IMG/VR virus record: IMGVR_UViG_3300014501_000023 | Coordinates: 1 to 54,378 of that record | DNA from: a virus | Lineage: Duplodnaviria; Caudoviricetes | Length of the DNA stretch: 54,378 nt | Strand: one strand, 5' to 3' | Part shown: positions 1 to 8,782 of the stretch, piece by piece | How positions within the stretch are numbered: position 1 is the stretch's first letter | Layout: every line of letters begins with the position of its first letter | The notes under the pieces: model-generated | Database searches by the model: none | What the model saw: the letters and a program-made list of their open reading frames with translations, nothing else | Told to the model about the DNA's origin: nothing | Program-made: the position numbers and the translations under genes

Positions 1-34
1 GCCGCCGCGACCGCGCGCGGGTTGTCGGAGGCGC

Positions 35-766
35 TCACAGGTGCCCCTCGCGCTCCGCGAACAACTCCCACGTCCGCGGGAACTGCTCCTTGACGCAAGC
101 GCCGACGGCCTTGGCGTACTGGCGGATCTCCCACTGGGCGTTCGGATCCATGCGCAGCGTGAGGAACGCGAGCCAGTTGCGCAGGTTCGCCGAGGCTCGC
201 ATGCGCGAGTAGTGTCCGACCGGCATCACGGCGCGCGCCAGCTCCTTCGGGATCCCGCTGGCTAACGCTGCCTGGTATATCTCCTCGCACAGTTCGTACG
301 CCTGCTTCAAGTGGCGCGATACGAAGAATCCCGCGGTGTCGTGCGTCAGCGGCGCGACGCCCTGCGCTTGTTTGTTCTTTCCGGTGTCCATCATCACGCG
401 CTCGACCGTGGGCGTGTAGTACAAATCCGGAAGCGGCGCGTACCTGGCGCTCATCTCGTTGTAACTCTGCGTGCGGTGCCGGTGCCACTCGCGGAAGACG
501 AAGATCGGCGCCTGGACCTCGAGCACCATGCCGGCGAACTCGAACGGCGTGGCGTGCCTGTGGTCGTGCAGGTATTTGAGCAGCCTGGCATCGTAGTCCC
601 AACCGCGGAACCCGCCCTGCGTGGACTGTCGCGCGGCTTCGACGATGCCGACCTCGTTGTCCTGCTCCTGGAATCCGGTCGATGGGTTAGGGGCACCGGC
701 ACGCCCGGTTCCCCAGGTCTCGATCAACTCCACGTACCCATGATCCAGTACGTTAAGTTTTTGCAT
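35..766 (-). CDS. thyX: FAD-dependent thymidylate synthase ThyX
   Basis: ThyX signature RHRTQSYNEMSARY, plus HATPFE and LRMDPNAQWEIR motifs. Confidence 0.95.
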   Translation of the reverse strand: MQKLNVLDHGYVELIETWGTGRAGAPNPSTGFQEQDNEVGIVEAARQSTQGGFRGWDYDARLLKYLHDHRHATPFEFAGMVLEVQAPIFVFREWHRHRTQSYNEMSARYAPLPDLYYTPTVERVMMDTGKNKQAQGVAPLTHDTAGFFVSRHLKQAYELCEEIYQAALASGIPKELARAVMPVGHYSRMRASANLRNWLAFLTLRMDPNAQWEIRQYAKAVGACVKEQFPRTWELFAEREGHL

Positions 767-989
767 TTATTTTCTCCCTGCGCGCGATCTCACGGTCCAA
801 ATACCAGCGCGCTTTCTTCAAGTCCTCGACCGCGTCGCCCTTCAAGCCGGCACGCCAAATGTATTTGATGGCGTTGCCGATGCTGAAGCCATAGTGCTCC
901 GCAATGTCAATACACTCCACACCGGAGGGGTGCGCGGTGTAGTGCGGCGGGCGGTTCACGGCGTCGATCTTCTGCTGTTCCTTCTTCAT
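753..989 (-). CDS. DUF3310 family protein (SaV / T7 gp1.7-like, putative nucleotide kinase)
   Basis: VNRPPHY...ECIDI...GNAIKYIWRAGLKG...EDLKKARWYL motif; adjacent to thyX. Confidence 0.88.
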   Translation of the reverse strand: MKKEQQKIDAVNRPPHYTAHPSGVECIDIAEHYGFSIGNAIKYIWRAGLKGDAVEDLKKARWYLDREIARREKINAKT

Positions 990-2134
990 GGTCCCTCCAG
1001 CGCCGGCAGCGACAAACCCTCGAGCTCCCCGGCGTCAGCACCGGCGATGCCCTGCAGGTCGCCGTACATGCCGGCCGTCGCATCGACCGCCCGCCCGAGC
1101 TGAGCCTCGCGCTTGGCCCATATCCGGGTCATAGCCGTGCGTTCGGCGTCGAGGTCACGGCGCATGGTCGCGAACGCCTCGACGATCGCCTCCACGCGCG
1201 CCCGGAACCGCGGACCGGTCAGATTACCGTAGACTGCAACGGCTTTAGTTTCAGCGCCGTCGGCCGCCCGTCTGGCAGCGCGCACCCGCAGCAAACCTTC
1301 GCGCAGTGCCGAGGCCACCGGCATGGCCACAGTGGGGTGGCAGACCCACACGCCGTCCACGCAATCGAACCCCGTACCGGCCCATCCGGGCGGCAGCACC
1401 TGGGTGACCAGCACCAGGACGTCGGCCTTCGCCGCCCGGCCGTCCGCGCGCAGCTTCGGCAGCCAGCCGTCCGACCAGTTCTTCGTGCGCTTGAACTCGT
1501 ACAGGATCGCGCCCGCTCCTCCGGTCACGTGGTGCACGACGTCGCCGCCGGACTGCCCCTTGGCCACCGGCTCGATCGCGTCCAGCGGGAAGCGGTGGCG
1601 CAGCGCGGCCTCGAGCTGCAGCTCCTGGGCCTCCCCCTGCATCTGCTGCGAACCCTGTTCGGCCTTGCGCTTCAGCTCCTCGATCACGCGGCCCATCGAC
1701 GCGATCTGCTCGTCCCGTTCCGCCACGCGCAGCCCTACGGACGCCTCGGCCTCCTGGCGCGCCGTCGCGCGCGCTTCTGCCACGCCGGTCGCTACCTGTC
1801 GTTCCACATTCAGCGCCAGTTCGCGGCGCTCCTCGTCCAGCAGCCGCTGCGTGCGCAGCGCTTCGGCCTGCGCGGCTTGGGCTTCGGCGAGCTTGGCCTC
1901 GTTCTTCTGCAGTGCCCGCTCGGCCGCTGCCGCTGCCGCCTGCGCTCGCTGGATAGCTGCGTTGGCCTCAGTCGCCACTGCCTGGGTCTCCTCGGCGCGT
2001 ATGCGCGTGCGCTCGGTGCCGAGCTGCCGCTCGAACTCCGCGCGCGCGTTGGCCACCAGCGGCCCGGCCATGGCCTCGGTGAGCTTGATTTCGGCCCGGC
2101 ACTTCGGGCAGACGACGGTGGGCTCAGCGGCCAT
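986..2134 (-). CDS. DUF2130 family protein (coiled coil plus PD-(D/E)xK-like domain)
   Basis: N-terminal CPKC, long coiled coil, GSQQMQGEAQE...GD...ILYEFKRTKNWSDGWLPKL. Confidence 0.8.
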   Translation of the reverse strand: MAAEPTVVCPKCRAEIKLTEAMAGPLVANARAEFERQLGTERTRIRAEETQAVATEANAAIQRAQAAAAAAERALQKNEAKLAEAQAAQAEALRTQRLLDEERRELALNVERQVATGVAEARATARQEAEASVGLRVAERDEQIASMGRVIEELKRKAEQGSQQMQGEAQELQLEAALRHRFPLDAIEPVAKGQSGGDVVHHVTGGAGAILYEFKRTKNWSDGWLPKLRADGRAAKADVLVLVTQVLPPGWAGTGFDCVDGVWVCHPTVAMPVASALREGLLRVRAARRAADGAETKAVAVYGNLTGPRFRARVEAIVEAFATMRRDLDAERTAMTRIWAKREAQLGRAVDATAGMYGDLQGIAGADAGELEGLSLPALEGP

Positions 2135-2585
2135 GCGCGCCGCCCGCGGATACCGACCGCTCCCTGAGTTTGATTATAACCGCCCTGGACACGTCGCGCG
2201 CGGCCGCCGTCACCGCGGCGGCGAACGCCGCGCTGCCGAACTCCCTGCCGTTCATCGCCTCGCAGCAAGCGAGCATCGTCACCCAGTCCCCGGCGTGCGC
2301 GAAGTACTCGTGCAGCACCGCGATCGCGACCTCCTGGGCGCCGGTGAAGTCCTCGCGGCTGCTGGCCGCCTCCTCCGCCTTGAGCCACATACCGCGCAGG
2401 CCGCGCTGCGCGAGCGGCGGGTTCGTGGCCGTGAGTTCCTGCAGCGTGAGCACGTGCATGACTACGCGCAGCGCTAGCAGGACGGTCTGCAGCGAAGCCT
2501 CGGTCCTGGTCTCGCCGCGCGCGTTGAACAGCCGGTCCGCGGCCGCCGTGAGGAGCGCGTCCTCGGTCTCGGTCGCCGCGCTCAC
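2124..2585 (-). CDS. hypothetical protein
   Basis: GTG at 2585 overlaps the upstream TGA (GTGA coupling); packed in operon. Confidence 0.6.
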   Translation of the reverse strand: MSAATETEDALLTAAADRLFNARGETRTEASLQTVLLALRVVMHVLTLQELTATNPPLAQRGLRGMWLKAEEAASSREDFTGAQEVAIAVLHEYFAHAGDWVTMLACCEAMNGREFGSAAFAAAVTAAARDVSRAVIIKLRERSVSAGGAHGR

Positions 2586-3016
2586 GTCTGCTCCTCGAAC
2601 GCGCTCGCCTGCTCCTCGCCCATGACGGCGACGTCGAACGTCTCGTCGCAGGCGAGGCACTTGATGGTAGGCGACAGTTCGAAACCGTAGTACCGCTTCA
2701 TGTACCTGGCGTTCGTGATGGTCCTGCCCTTCGCGTCCTTGGTCTCCGTGCGGTCGGTGCCGGTGGCGTCGCCGTCGGACTCGATCTCGTACCGCTCATC
2801 GCCCTCGGCTATCTCGTTCTTCACGCCTTCGCCGCACGCGTGCTCGATCGTCGCCTCGGCGTTGATCGACGCCTGCTTGAGGAGCGCGCCGCACTCGCCG
2901 CAGTTGAGACTCACGGTGGCGTCGACCGTCACCGCGTCGCCGCTCACCGACACCTCGCCGACCTCGACCTCGGGCTCGTCGTACGCGACGAACTTGCTGC
3001 AGTCCGGGCACCTCAT
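2582..3016 (-). CDS. acidic Zn-ribbon-like protein
   Basis: three CxxC pairs (CPDC, CGEC, CLAC); strong SD AAGGAGG upstream. Confidence 0.7.
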   Translation of the reverse strand: MRCPDCSKFVAYDEPEVEVGEVSVSGDAVTVDATVSLNCGECGALLKQASINAEATIEHACGEGVKNEIAEGDERYEIESDGDATGTDRTETKDAKGRTITNARYMKRYYGFELSPTIKCLACDETFDVAVMGEEQASAFEEQT

Positions 3017-3032
3017 GTCGAATCCTCCTTTG

Positions 3033-3527
3033 TTAAACTCTGTACGCCCTCAATTCGGAATCCTTCGGCATCATCAGCGGGTGGCGCGGTTCGCCATCCT
3101 TCGTCAACCCCAGCACCCGCACGCGTTCGTCCCAGTGGTACCTGAATTCGTCCAGGCCGCAGACCGCGTCAGCGCGACCGCGCACCGGACCGTTGCGGCC
3201 CCACGCCAGTACGATGACCTGGGCCGCCGCCGCCATCTCGTTGAGGTGCATGTTGTTCCGCGGCCCCACCGGATCGCGCACCGATTTCAGTTCGCGCGGG
3301 TCGGTCGCGCGCCACGCGTACAAGTTACCGACGCAGAACGCGCCGCCGTAGCCCCACGCCTCGCTGAACCCACGGCAGCGCCTGATCGTCGCGTCGTCCT
3401 CGGTCGCGTCGGCCGTGGACGGGTTGAGCATGACCCACATCAACCGGCAGGTCACGAACTTCAGCGCCCCGACCGGCCGGCGCAGTTCGTAACGATAACG
3501 ACCGCAGCGACTGATCACGGCGCTCAC
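3033..3527 (-). CDS. DUF1643 family protein
   Basis: SRCGRYRYEL...WVMLNPSTAD...DDATIRRC...NLYAWRATDP...GEPRHPL. Confidence 0.88.
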   Translation of the reverse strand: MSAVISRCGRYRYELRRPVGALKFVTCRLMWVMLNPSTADATEDDATIRRCRGFSEAWGYGGAFCVGNLYAWRATDPRELKSVRDPVGPRNNMHLNEMAAAAQVIVLAWGRNGPVRGRADAVCGLDEFRYHWDERVRVLGLTKDGEPRHPLMMPKDSELRAYRV

Positions 3528-3844
3528 TCGAGCGCCCTCTGCAGCAGCGTCGCGCTCGACTTGATGACACCGCCCGCACGGTTGGCCATGACCTCCTCGA
3601 GCGCGACCGTGCGCTCGCGCCCGTCCGCGCGGTTGAGCGCGCGCCGCAGCCGCACCAGCACGTCGCGGCGCGGCTCGGGACGGCCAAAGTACTCCAGCCT
3701 GAGCAGCCTCCTGATCCCGGTCGCCGACGGCCTGGTCATCAGCACATCGTTTAGTTTGGCCAAGTTTCCTAAAATCAACGCTCGCACCTGGTCGTCGTCG
3801 AGCGCGTCGATCTCGGTGAGTCCCTTCGGCTGCGCGCGGGCCAT
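3524..3844 (-). CDS. hypothetical protein
   Basis: ATG at 3844 in TGATG overlap with the upstream stop (MARAQPKGL...). Confidence 0.6.
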   Translation of the reverse strand: MARAQPKGLTEIDALDDDQVRALILGNLAKLNDVLMTRPSATGIRRLLRLEYFGRPEPRRDVLVRLRRALNRADGRERTVALEEVMANRAGGVIKSSATLLQRALE

Positions 3845-4737
3845 CAGAACTTCGCCCTCGTCGCTCCGCCCTTCGCCGCCGGCGCGCCGCCCTTCTTCGC
3901 CGCCTTCGCCGGCGTCTTGCCGTTGCCCCTGGCAGGCTTGGCCTTCTTCGCCGGAGTCTCCTGCACGGTGACCGGCATCGGCCGCTGCAGGACCTTCGAT
4001 GACAGGATCTCCTCGCGCAGCGCGAGCACCTTCCGCGCCATGCCCACGTCGCTGATCGCCAGGTAACTGATCGGCACCACGGCCTTGCGCTTCTGCTCGA
4101 CGCGGTCGTTCTTGTTGAACGAGAAGCTGGTGATCACGCCCTCCGGGGGCCGGTGGACGATCTTGTTCAGGTTCGCGATGTACTTCCCCCACAGCGTGAG
4201 CGCGGTGGGCGGGAGCGCGAGTATGGCCCAGCGCAGGTCCTGCCCGTCATTGAAGGCGGGATCGTCGGCCATGACGACCGCCAGCACCCGGCGGTTCGCG
4301 CACGCCTTGCCCCGCCCGACCTCGGCCGAGCCGAACGCGTTCATCTCGCACGTCCTGCAGTCGTGGTTGTCCGTGCCGCCCTGGATGTCCGGGCTCGTCG
4401 GGTGGGCGTGCATCGCATCCTCGCCCGTGTCTGGCAGGATCTTGCCGTCCTCGCCGAACTCGGCGATGGGCCCGACGGCGAAGCACGCCGGCGGGGAGGA
4501 CGAGTGCGGGTCGTAGCCTTCCGTGTAGTACACGTTGAGCAGGGCCTCGGCCACCACGATCACGTTGAGCGGATCGGGCAGCACCTGGTCCCCGATCCTG
4601 AAGACCTGATCGTTCGCGGAAATCCTCGGCGCGCCCTCCGGAGCCGGTGCCGCCCTGGCCGCGATCGCGCCGCGCGCCGCGTACAGGTTCTCGAGGTCCT
4701 TCATAGTGGAAAGTGCCTTTCCGGGTTTCTTAGCCAT
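3844..4737 (-). CDS. putative phage ssDNA-binding/annealing protein with Lys/Ala-rich tail
   Basis: NVYY..YDP..PACF / CRTCEMNAFGS..GKAC pattern typical of phage replication-module SSB-like proteins; function inferred. Confidence 0.55.
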   Translation of the reverse strand: MAKKPGKALSTMKDLENLYAARGAIAARAAPAPEGAPRISANDQVFRIGDQVLPDPLNVIVVAEALLNVYYTEGYDPHSSSPPACFAVGPIAEFGEDGKILPDTGEDAMHAHPTSPDIQGGTDNHDCRTCEMNAFGSAEVGRGKACANRRVLAVVMADDPAFNDGQDLRWAILALPPTALTLWGKYIANLNKIVHRPPEGVITSFSFNKNDRVEQKRKAVVPISYLAISDVGMARKVLALREEILSSKVLQRPMPVTVQETPAKKAKPARGNGKTPAKAAKKGGAPAAKGGATRAKF

Positions 4738-4993
4738 GTGCCTTCGTCTCCTTGGTTGGTGTCGTCGCTCTGCGTGCGATCTCGGCGAACGTTTCGCCGG
4801 TATACTGGTCGGTCGTGTGGAATCCCGGGCAGCGTGCCATCGCGGACAGCGCCGTCGTCAGCGGCTCGATCGCTTCGGCGATCGCCTGCAGGAAATTATC
4901 CTCCGCCATCCAGTCCTTGTAACCGTGCTTGTCCGCGTGGGCGTGCTTGTCCCACAGCCGGTCGGCGAGCTTCCTGATCTGCAGCGGCGTCAT
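4730..4993 (-). CDS. hypothetical protein
   Basis: ATG at 4993 overlapping the upstream TGA. Confidence 0.55.
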   Translation of the reverse strand: MTPLQIRKLADRLWDKHAHADKHGYKDWMAEDNFLQAIAEAIEPLTTALSAMARCPGFHTTDQYTGETFAEIARRATTPTKETKAHG

Positions 4994-5229
4994 CACGTTA
5001 ATTCTCGCTGCATACGCTCTATGTGCGCATTGAGTTTCGCCAGCGCCAGCGCGAGGTTCGCCTCGACCACCGGCGCGTCCGCCGGGTCGCCGCCGCCCTT
5101 CCACGAATCGGCCACCTCGGCTTCGACGTACTCATTGATGAGTGCGCGCAGCGCGTTCCAGTCGGTCTCGGCGCGGCGCTGGGCTAACGATTTGCCGCGA
5201 GGCGCCGCGATCTTCGCACGAGCGTTCAT
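4993..5229 (-). CDS. hypothetical protein
   Basis: ATGA coupling to the upstream gene. Confidence 0.55.
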   Translation of the reverse strand: MNARAKIAAPRGKSLAQRRAETDWNALRALINEYVEAEVADSWKGGGDPADAPVVEANLALALAKLNAHIERMQRELT

Positions 5230-5672
5230 CGGCGCGACGCCTTCGCCAGCTCGCCGAGCAGCCTGCGCGAGCTCTTCTGCACGCTCAGCGACACGCGCTG
5301 GAACGGCTCGACCCCGGGAACTGCGCGCTTCTTATCGTTGCGCTCGCGCCACGCCGCCGTGTTGACCTGGCGCATGAGCAAGTCGTCATTACCCTTGAGC
5401 GAGGCGAACTTGAAGAACCGCTTCCAGTCCTTGAGCGACGGCACGGTCGACTTCTTGATCGCGAGCGTGAGACCCGAGCCTTTCGCGCCGTCGAGCTTTG
5501 ACTTCGCCACGGTGCGCAGCAGGTGCTCGCGCAGCGCGTCCCACTCGTCCTCGGCCGGCCTGCCCTTCGCCGCGGCCGCCTCGATCGCGGCCTTGAGCTC
5601 CGCGAGTCGCGCGATGCAATGCCCCAAGTCCGCGGGGAACCGGTACTTCTTGCCTTTGATCTTATCGACCAC
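5226..5672 (-). CDS. conserved phage replication-module protein (possibly Gam-like)
   Basis: N-terminal helix then P.LKDW..F......DLL.RQV...AW.E.....VPGV pattern; SD AGGAG; first gene after promoter. Confidence 0.55.
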   Translation of the reverse strand: MVDKIKGKKYRFPADLGHCIARLAELKAAIEAAAAKGRPAEDEWDALREHLLRTVAKSKLDGAKGSGLTLAIKKSTVPSLKDWKRFFKFASLKGNDDLLMRQVNTAAWRERNDKKRAVPGVEPFQRVSLSVQKSSRRLLGELAKASRR

Positions 5673-5724
5673 GGTACTCTCCTGTCTTCGTTCGGCCCCG
5701 CCGCCCGGCGAGGCACAGATCGTT

Positions 5725-5757
5725 AATATAAACTAAAGTTGTATAGAAAGGAATTTG
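5725..5757 (-). promoter_or_regulatory. putative promoter P1 (CAAA-TTCCTT-N17-TATATT)
   Basis: AT-rich intergenic island; same CAAATTCCTTTC and 17-nt spacing as the promoter at 13707-13739. Confidence 0.65.
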
Positions 5758-5764
5758 GTTCAGC

Positions 5765-5962
5765 CTAATCGCCCGTATGCCAGCTCCGCGTCCGCCGCGA
5801 GCCGTCCGGCGCGAACGCCTGCCACGACTGCGAGCGCACGAGTGCCTCGCGCGCCTCGAGCGCTCGCAGGTGGGCCTCCGAGTCGCGCGGGTCCTCGCCG
5901 CGGTGCGTCCGCAGATGGTACGGCGCGCGACCCGGCGCGAGCGCCTCGTCGATCGCGCTCAC
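5765..5962 (-). CDS. hypothetical protein
   Basis: GTGA-coupled 65-aa ORF. Confidence 0.5.
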   Translation of the reverse strand: MSAIDEALAPGRAPYHLRTHRGEDPRDSEAHLRALEAREALVRSQSWQAFAPDGSRRTRSWHTGD

Positions 5963-6111
5963 TTCCGATTCCTCTTCCTCGCCGCTTTCGCCGCATCCCG
6001 CGCCCGCCGCCGCTTGTCGCGGCGCTTAGCGAATGCGACGTCCTCAAACTCCCCGCCGCTCATAGCCACCACCCGCTCGCTCTCCCGCGACGGCCGTTGC
6101 TTGCCTTTCAT
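5959..6111 (-). CDS. small Arg/Lys-rich protein
   Basis: MKGKQRPS...KRRDKRRRARDAAKAARKRNRK with SD GGAGG. Confidence 0.55.
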   Translation of the reverse strand: MKGKQRPSRESERVVAMSGGEFEDVAFAKRRDKRRRARDAAKAARKRNRK

Positions 6112-6113
6112 AT

Positions 6114-6530
6114 TTAACCCTCCCTCCTCGTGCGCCTGTGCTCCGCCACCATCTCCTGCAGCCCGCGCAGCAGGTCGTTGTCCCACGCCGGCTGGTTTGC
6201 GACGAACGTCGCGATGGCGTCGTCGAGTGCCGACTGGCCGAGGCGCACGGACTCGAGCGCCTTGAAGACCGTGCCGCTGTCCACGCGCGCGGCCTCCAGC
6301 GCGGTGCGCACCGCGTCGAGCCGGTCGCCCAGGATCTTCTGCCCGACGTAAACCATATCGATATCCGTGCGCTGCCGAACGAGCGAGTCGTTCATATTAT
6401 TGACGGCCGCCAGCACGTTGGACAGGACGGCCTTGAGCGAGGCCAGCTCGTGCACCACTCCGTACAGCGCCGTGGCCTTGGGCTTCGGCGCCGCCGTTGC
6501 GCGCTTCGCCTTCTTCGCTTTCTTACTCAT
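6114..6530 (-). CDS. coiled-coil hypothetical protein
   Basis: ATG at 6530 (MSKKAKK...) with SD AGGAGG. Confidence 0.6.
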   Translation of the reverse strand: MSKKAKKAKRATAAPKPKATALYGVVHELASLKAVLSNVLAAVNNMNDSLVRQRTDIDMVYVGQKILGDRLDAVRTALEAARVDSGTVFKALESVRLGQSALDDAIATFVANQPAWDNDLLRGLQEMVAEHRRTRREG

Positions 6531-6541
6531 CGCCGCCCCTC

Positions 6542-6637
6542 CTACTGGTTCCTGTAACTGATGACCAACAACAGGCCGACGCACACGATCAGGCCCCCGA
6601 CGAGGAACAGCAGCGCGCCCACATCGCCCCTGTTCAT
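6542..6637 (-). CDS. 31-aa single-TM membrane peptide
   Basis: hand translation MNRGDVGALLFLVGGLIVCVGLLLVISYRNQ; fills the gap in the operon. Confidence 0.5.
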   Translation of the reverse strand: MNRGDVGALLFLVGGLIVCVGLLLVISYRNQ

Positions 6638-6739
6638 TCAGCTACTTCCCCCGTATAACAAGAACGCGAGGAACCGAGCCGTGGCGATGGCGGACATCAA
6701 TAGCACCAGGCGCAGCATGAAGCGGTCACCGCTGTCCAT
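6638..6739 (-). CDS. 33-aa hydrophobic peptide
   Basis: hand translation MDSGDRFMLRLVLLMSAIATARFLAFLLYGGSS; stop abuts next ATG. Confidence 0.45.
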   Translation of the reverse strand: MDSGDRFMLRLVLLMSAIATARFLAFLLYGGSS

Positions 6740-7007
6740 CGTCGCGCCCACAGTCGCAGCCCATCGGCACCGGCTCGTGCCCGAAGTCCCACGCCGAATG
6801 CGTGATGCTGTCGCCGCAGCCGCAGACGTCGGGGTCTATCTCGTTGCCGCAACCGGCGCAGCGCGGTCGCCTCAGCTCGACCCTCACGCCGACCGCGAAA
6901 CCAAACCAGTAGACCAAATACACCTTCCCGCCGTACAGCGGGCCGGCGTAGGTGCCGAAGTTAGGCGGCCAAGGACTTAAGGCGGTTCGGTATGCGAGGA
7001 GCTTCAT
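6726..7007 (-). CDS. Cys-rich hypothetical protein
   Basis: ATGA-coupled start at 7007; CAGC..CGCG..H..GCDC cluster. Confidence 0.55.
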   Translation of the reverse strand: MKLLAYRTALSPWPPNFGTYAGPLYGGKVYLVYWFGFAVGVRVELRRPRCAGCGNEIDPDVCGCGDSITHSAWDFGHEPVPMGCDCGRDDGQR

Positions 7008-7297
7008 GGCCCGGCGCCCACCACGAAGCACCCGCCCCCGTCGGCCTCGGCCCTGCAGACGATGTCGTCGCGTCGCTTGCTCGGTCGCGGCGGCTGGGGC
7101 GGAGGCGGTGTTGGTACCGCCTGCTCCTGCAGCTCGCTGATCAGCTCGGCGCGCTGCTGCGTGAGGTCTGCGATCTGCGCCCTGAGCCCGGCCTCGTTTT
7201 CCACGCACGGCGCGACCGCGGCGAGCTTCGGGTCTGCGGGCTGCGGCCCACAGCCGGCGAGGAGCGCAGCGAGGACGAACAGCTTGTGACGATTCAC
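7004..7297 (-). CDS. small lipoprotein with coiled coil and Pro-rich segment
   Basis: MNRHKLFVLAALLAG-C lipobox. Confidence 0.65.
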   Translation of the reverse strand: MNRHKLFVLAALLAGCGPQPADPKLAAVAPCVENEAGLRAQIADLTQQRAELISELQEQAVPTPPPPQPPRPSKRRDDIVCRAEADGGGCFVVGAGP

Positions 7298-7319
7298 GGC
7301 GTGTCCAACTCATTCAGTT

Positions 7320-7694
7320 TCATCGCGCTTCGACTCCTGGTTTTTTCTCCACGTCGCACCACAGGCCGAGCAGCTCGTGCGAGTCGCTCGCGACTGTGTA
7401 CTTGTAGTCGCAGATTCGGCCGTCGCGCAGCCGCAGCGAGTCGACGTCAGTGATCTTCGGCCCGCAGCCGCTCCCGGCCGGTATCCACTCGCGCACCCAG
7501 CCGCGACCGTTCACGTCTTTGATCACCTTGCCGCACTCGGTCGCCACGGCCGGTGCGACCCATTTGCTCGTGTCCGGTGGTGCCGGATCTCTGACCGCCG
7601 CTATCCACGCAACCACCGCCACGCCTGCGACGGCGAGCGCGCACGCAGCGAGCAGCATCCCGCGCGGTATCCCTTCGTCGTCCTGCGCCCTCAT
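7320..7694 (-). CDS. membrane-anchored Cys-containing protein
   Basis: N-terminal TM (LLAACALAVAGVAVVAWIAAV) followed by a domain with 4 Cys. Confidence 0.55.
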   Translation of the reverse strand: MRAQDDEGIPRGMLLAACALAVAGVAVVAWIAAVRDPAPPDTSKWVAPAVATECGKVIKDVNGRGWVREWIPAGSGCGPKITDVDSLRLRDGRICDYKYTVASDSHELLGLWCDVEKKPGVEAR

Positions 7695-7699
7695 CCCCC

Positions 7700-7945
7700 T
7701 CACTCCTTGTAGACCAGGCCGCGCCGCCACTCGAGCGCGTACATGTAGGGCTCGCCCGCCGTGTTCACCTTCACCACGAGCCGCATGCCGTAGAGGTACG
7801 GCGCGGCGCGGCGGAGCAGGTTCGGTTCAAGCGGCGCTGGCCTCCAGTCGTGGCCGCGCGAGAACAGCGGCTCTGGCCCGCTGACCATATTGTTGCGCCA
7901 GGAGAGCCACGCGTCCCTGAACGCCCGGGTGTGGGTGACGCTCAC
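7700..7945 (-). CDS. hypothetical protein
   Basis: GTGA-coupled start at 7945 (MSVTHTRAFRDAW...). Confidence 0.5.
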   Translation of the reverse strand: MSVTHTRAFRDAWLSWRNNMVSGPEPLFSRGHDWRPAPLEPNLLRRAAPYLYGMRLVVKVNTAGEPYMYALEWRRGLVYKE

Positions 7946-8109
7946 AGCCGCGCCTCCAACGCGCGCAGCCGGTCGATGACCCAGAGGAACCAGCGCATCG
8001 AAGTGTCGCCGAACGGGAGCAGCAGGCCGATCAGCACGATGACGAACAGCACGATGACCGTGGCGATCCCGGCGAGCGTCGCGGCGACGGGGTTGAGCGG
8101 GCGGTTCAT
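7942..8109 (-). CDS. 55-aa membrane protein
   Basis: hand translation MNRPLNPVAATLAGIATVIVLFVIVLIGLLLPFGD...; starts just after the tRNA CCA. Confidence 0.55.
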   Translation of the reverse strand: MNRPLNPVAATLAGIATVIVLFVIVLIGLLLPFGDTSMRWFLWVIDRLRALEARL

Positions 8110-8116
8110 TTGGAAA

Positions 8117-8205
8117 TGGTGGAGAGTCTACGAATTGCACGTAGGCATCCTGTTAGGGAACCGGGCCTACAACCCGGTGCGGCGTCTATAACCACTTACC
8201 TCTCC
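8117..8205 (-). tRNA. tRNA-Tyr (anticodon GUA), atypical, long variable arm, encoded CCA
   Basis: GGAGAGG..ACTCTCC-A-CCA acceptor; D stem GTGG/CCGC; anticodon arm CCGGG-TTGTAGG-CCCGG; variable arm TCC..GGA; T arm CTACG-TGCAATT-CGTAG. Confidence 0.82.
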
Positions 8206-8207
8206 AG

Positions 8208-8438
8208 CTAATGCCCATAATTACAACCAACTTTCGCCCGTCGTCCGGCGATAATTACATGCGCGTCAAAAAATCCGCAACACCCGTGCCGCTTTGCGCG
8301 TCGATACCGCTTCAGTGAAGCTCGGTCACTCTTATAAGCCAGCCGTTCATTGTCGGTGCAGTGATCATTTACCTGTTTGTACATCCAACATAGAGCTTGC
8401 GCTTCTGTCAGAAACACGGGAAACCCGAGCACGTTCAC
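8208..8438 (-). CDS. hypothetical protein
   Basis: GTGA-coupled 76-aa ORF, lower GC; GCCGFFD...GCNYGH. Confidence 0.6.
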   Translation of the reverse strand: MNVLGFPVFLTEAQALCWMYKQVNDHCTDNERLAYKSDRASLKRYRRAKRHGCCGFFDAHVIIAGRRAKVGCNYGH

Positions 8439-8782
8439 GGCTTCTGCTCCTTGTCGCTTTGTTTCTCGACGTAACCACGTCGTTCCATTTCTTTTATCTC
8501 TTCATCAGTGAAAAGCGAACGCGGAACGCTCATCGTCCCACGAATTATCCTTGAGCGACGGTCCTCTTCGGTAACAGGTAGCGGCACGAAATTCGCTCCG
8601 GGCAAGTCCCGCTCCAAATACACCCAGCCCATGCGCGTGTTCGTGTCCTCCTCCGGCGCGATGCGCCAGCCGGCCTGCATCAACAGCATCAGGTTGGCGT
8701 CGCGCCGGTTGACCAGCATCAGCTCGCGCGGCCGCGACGGCGGAGCGGCGCGGAACAGCAGGCGACGCAGCCAGGCGATCAT
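8435..8782 (-). CDS. hypothetical protein (shares a 22-aa motif with 18386..18679)
   Basis: ATGA-coupled; TMSVPRSLFTDEEIKEMERRGY. Confidence 0.6.
   Translation of the reverse strand: MIAWLRRLLFRAAPPSRPRELMLVNRRDANLMLLMQAGWRIAPEEDTNTRMGWVYLERDLPGANFVPLPVTEEDRRSRIIRGTMSVPRSLFTDEEIKEMERRGYVEKQSDKEQKP

Noticed and set aside
1-38. Start of a further minus-strand gene (GTG at 38 overlapping the thyX stop)
   Set aside because: Only 12 codons are visible; cannot be supported or named.
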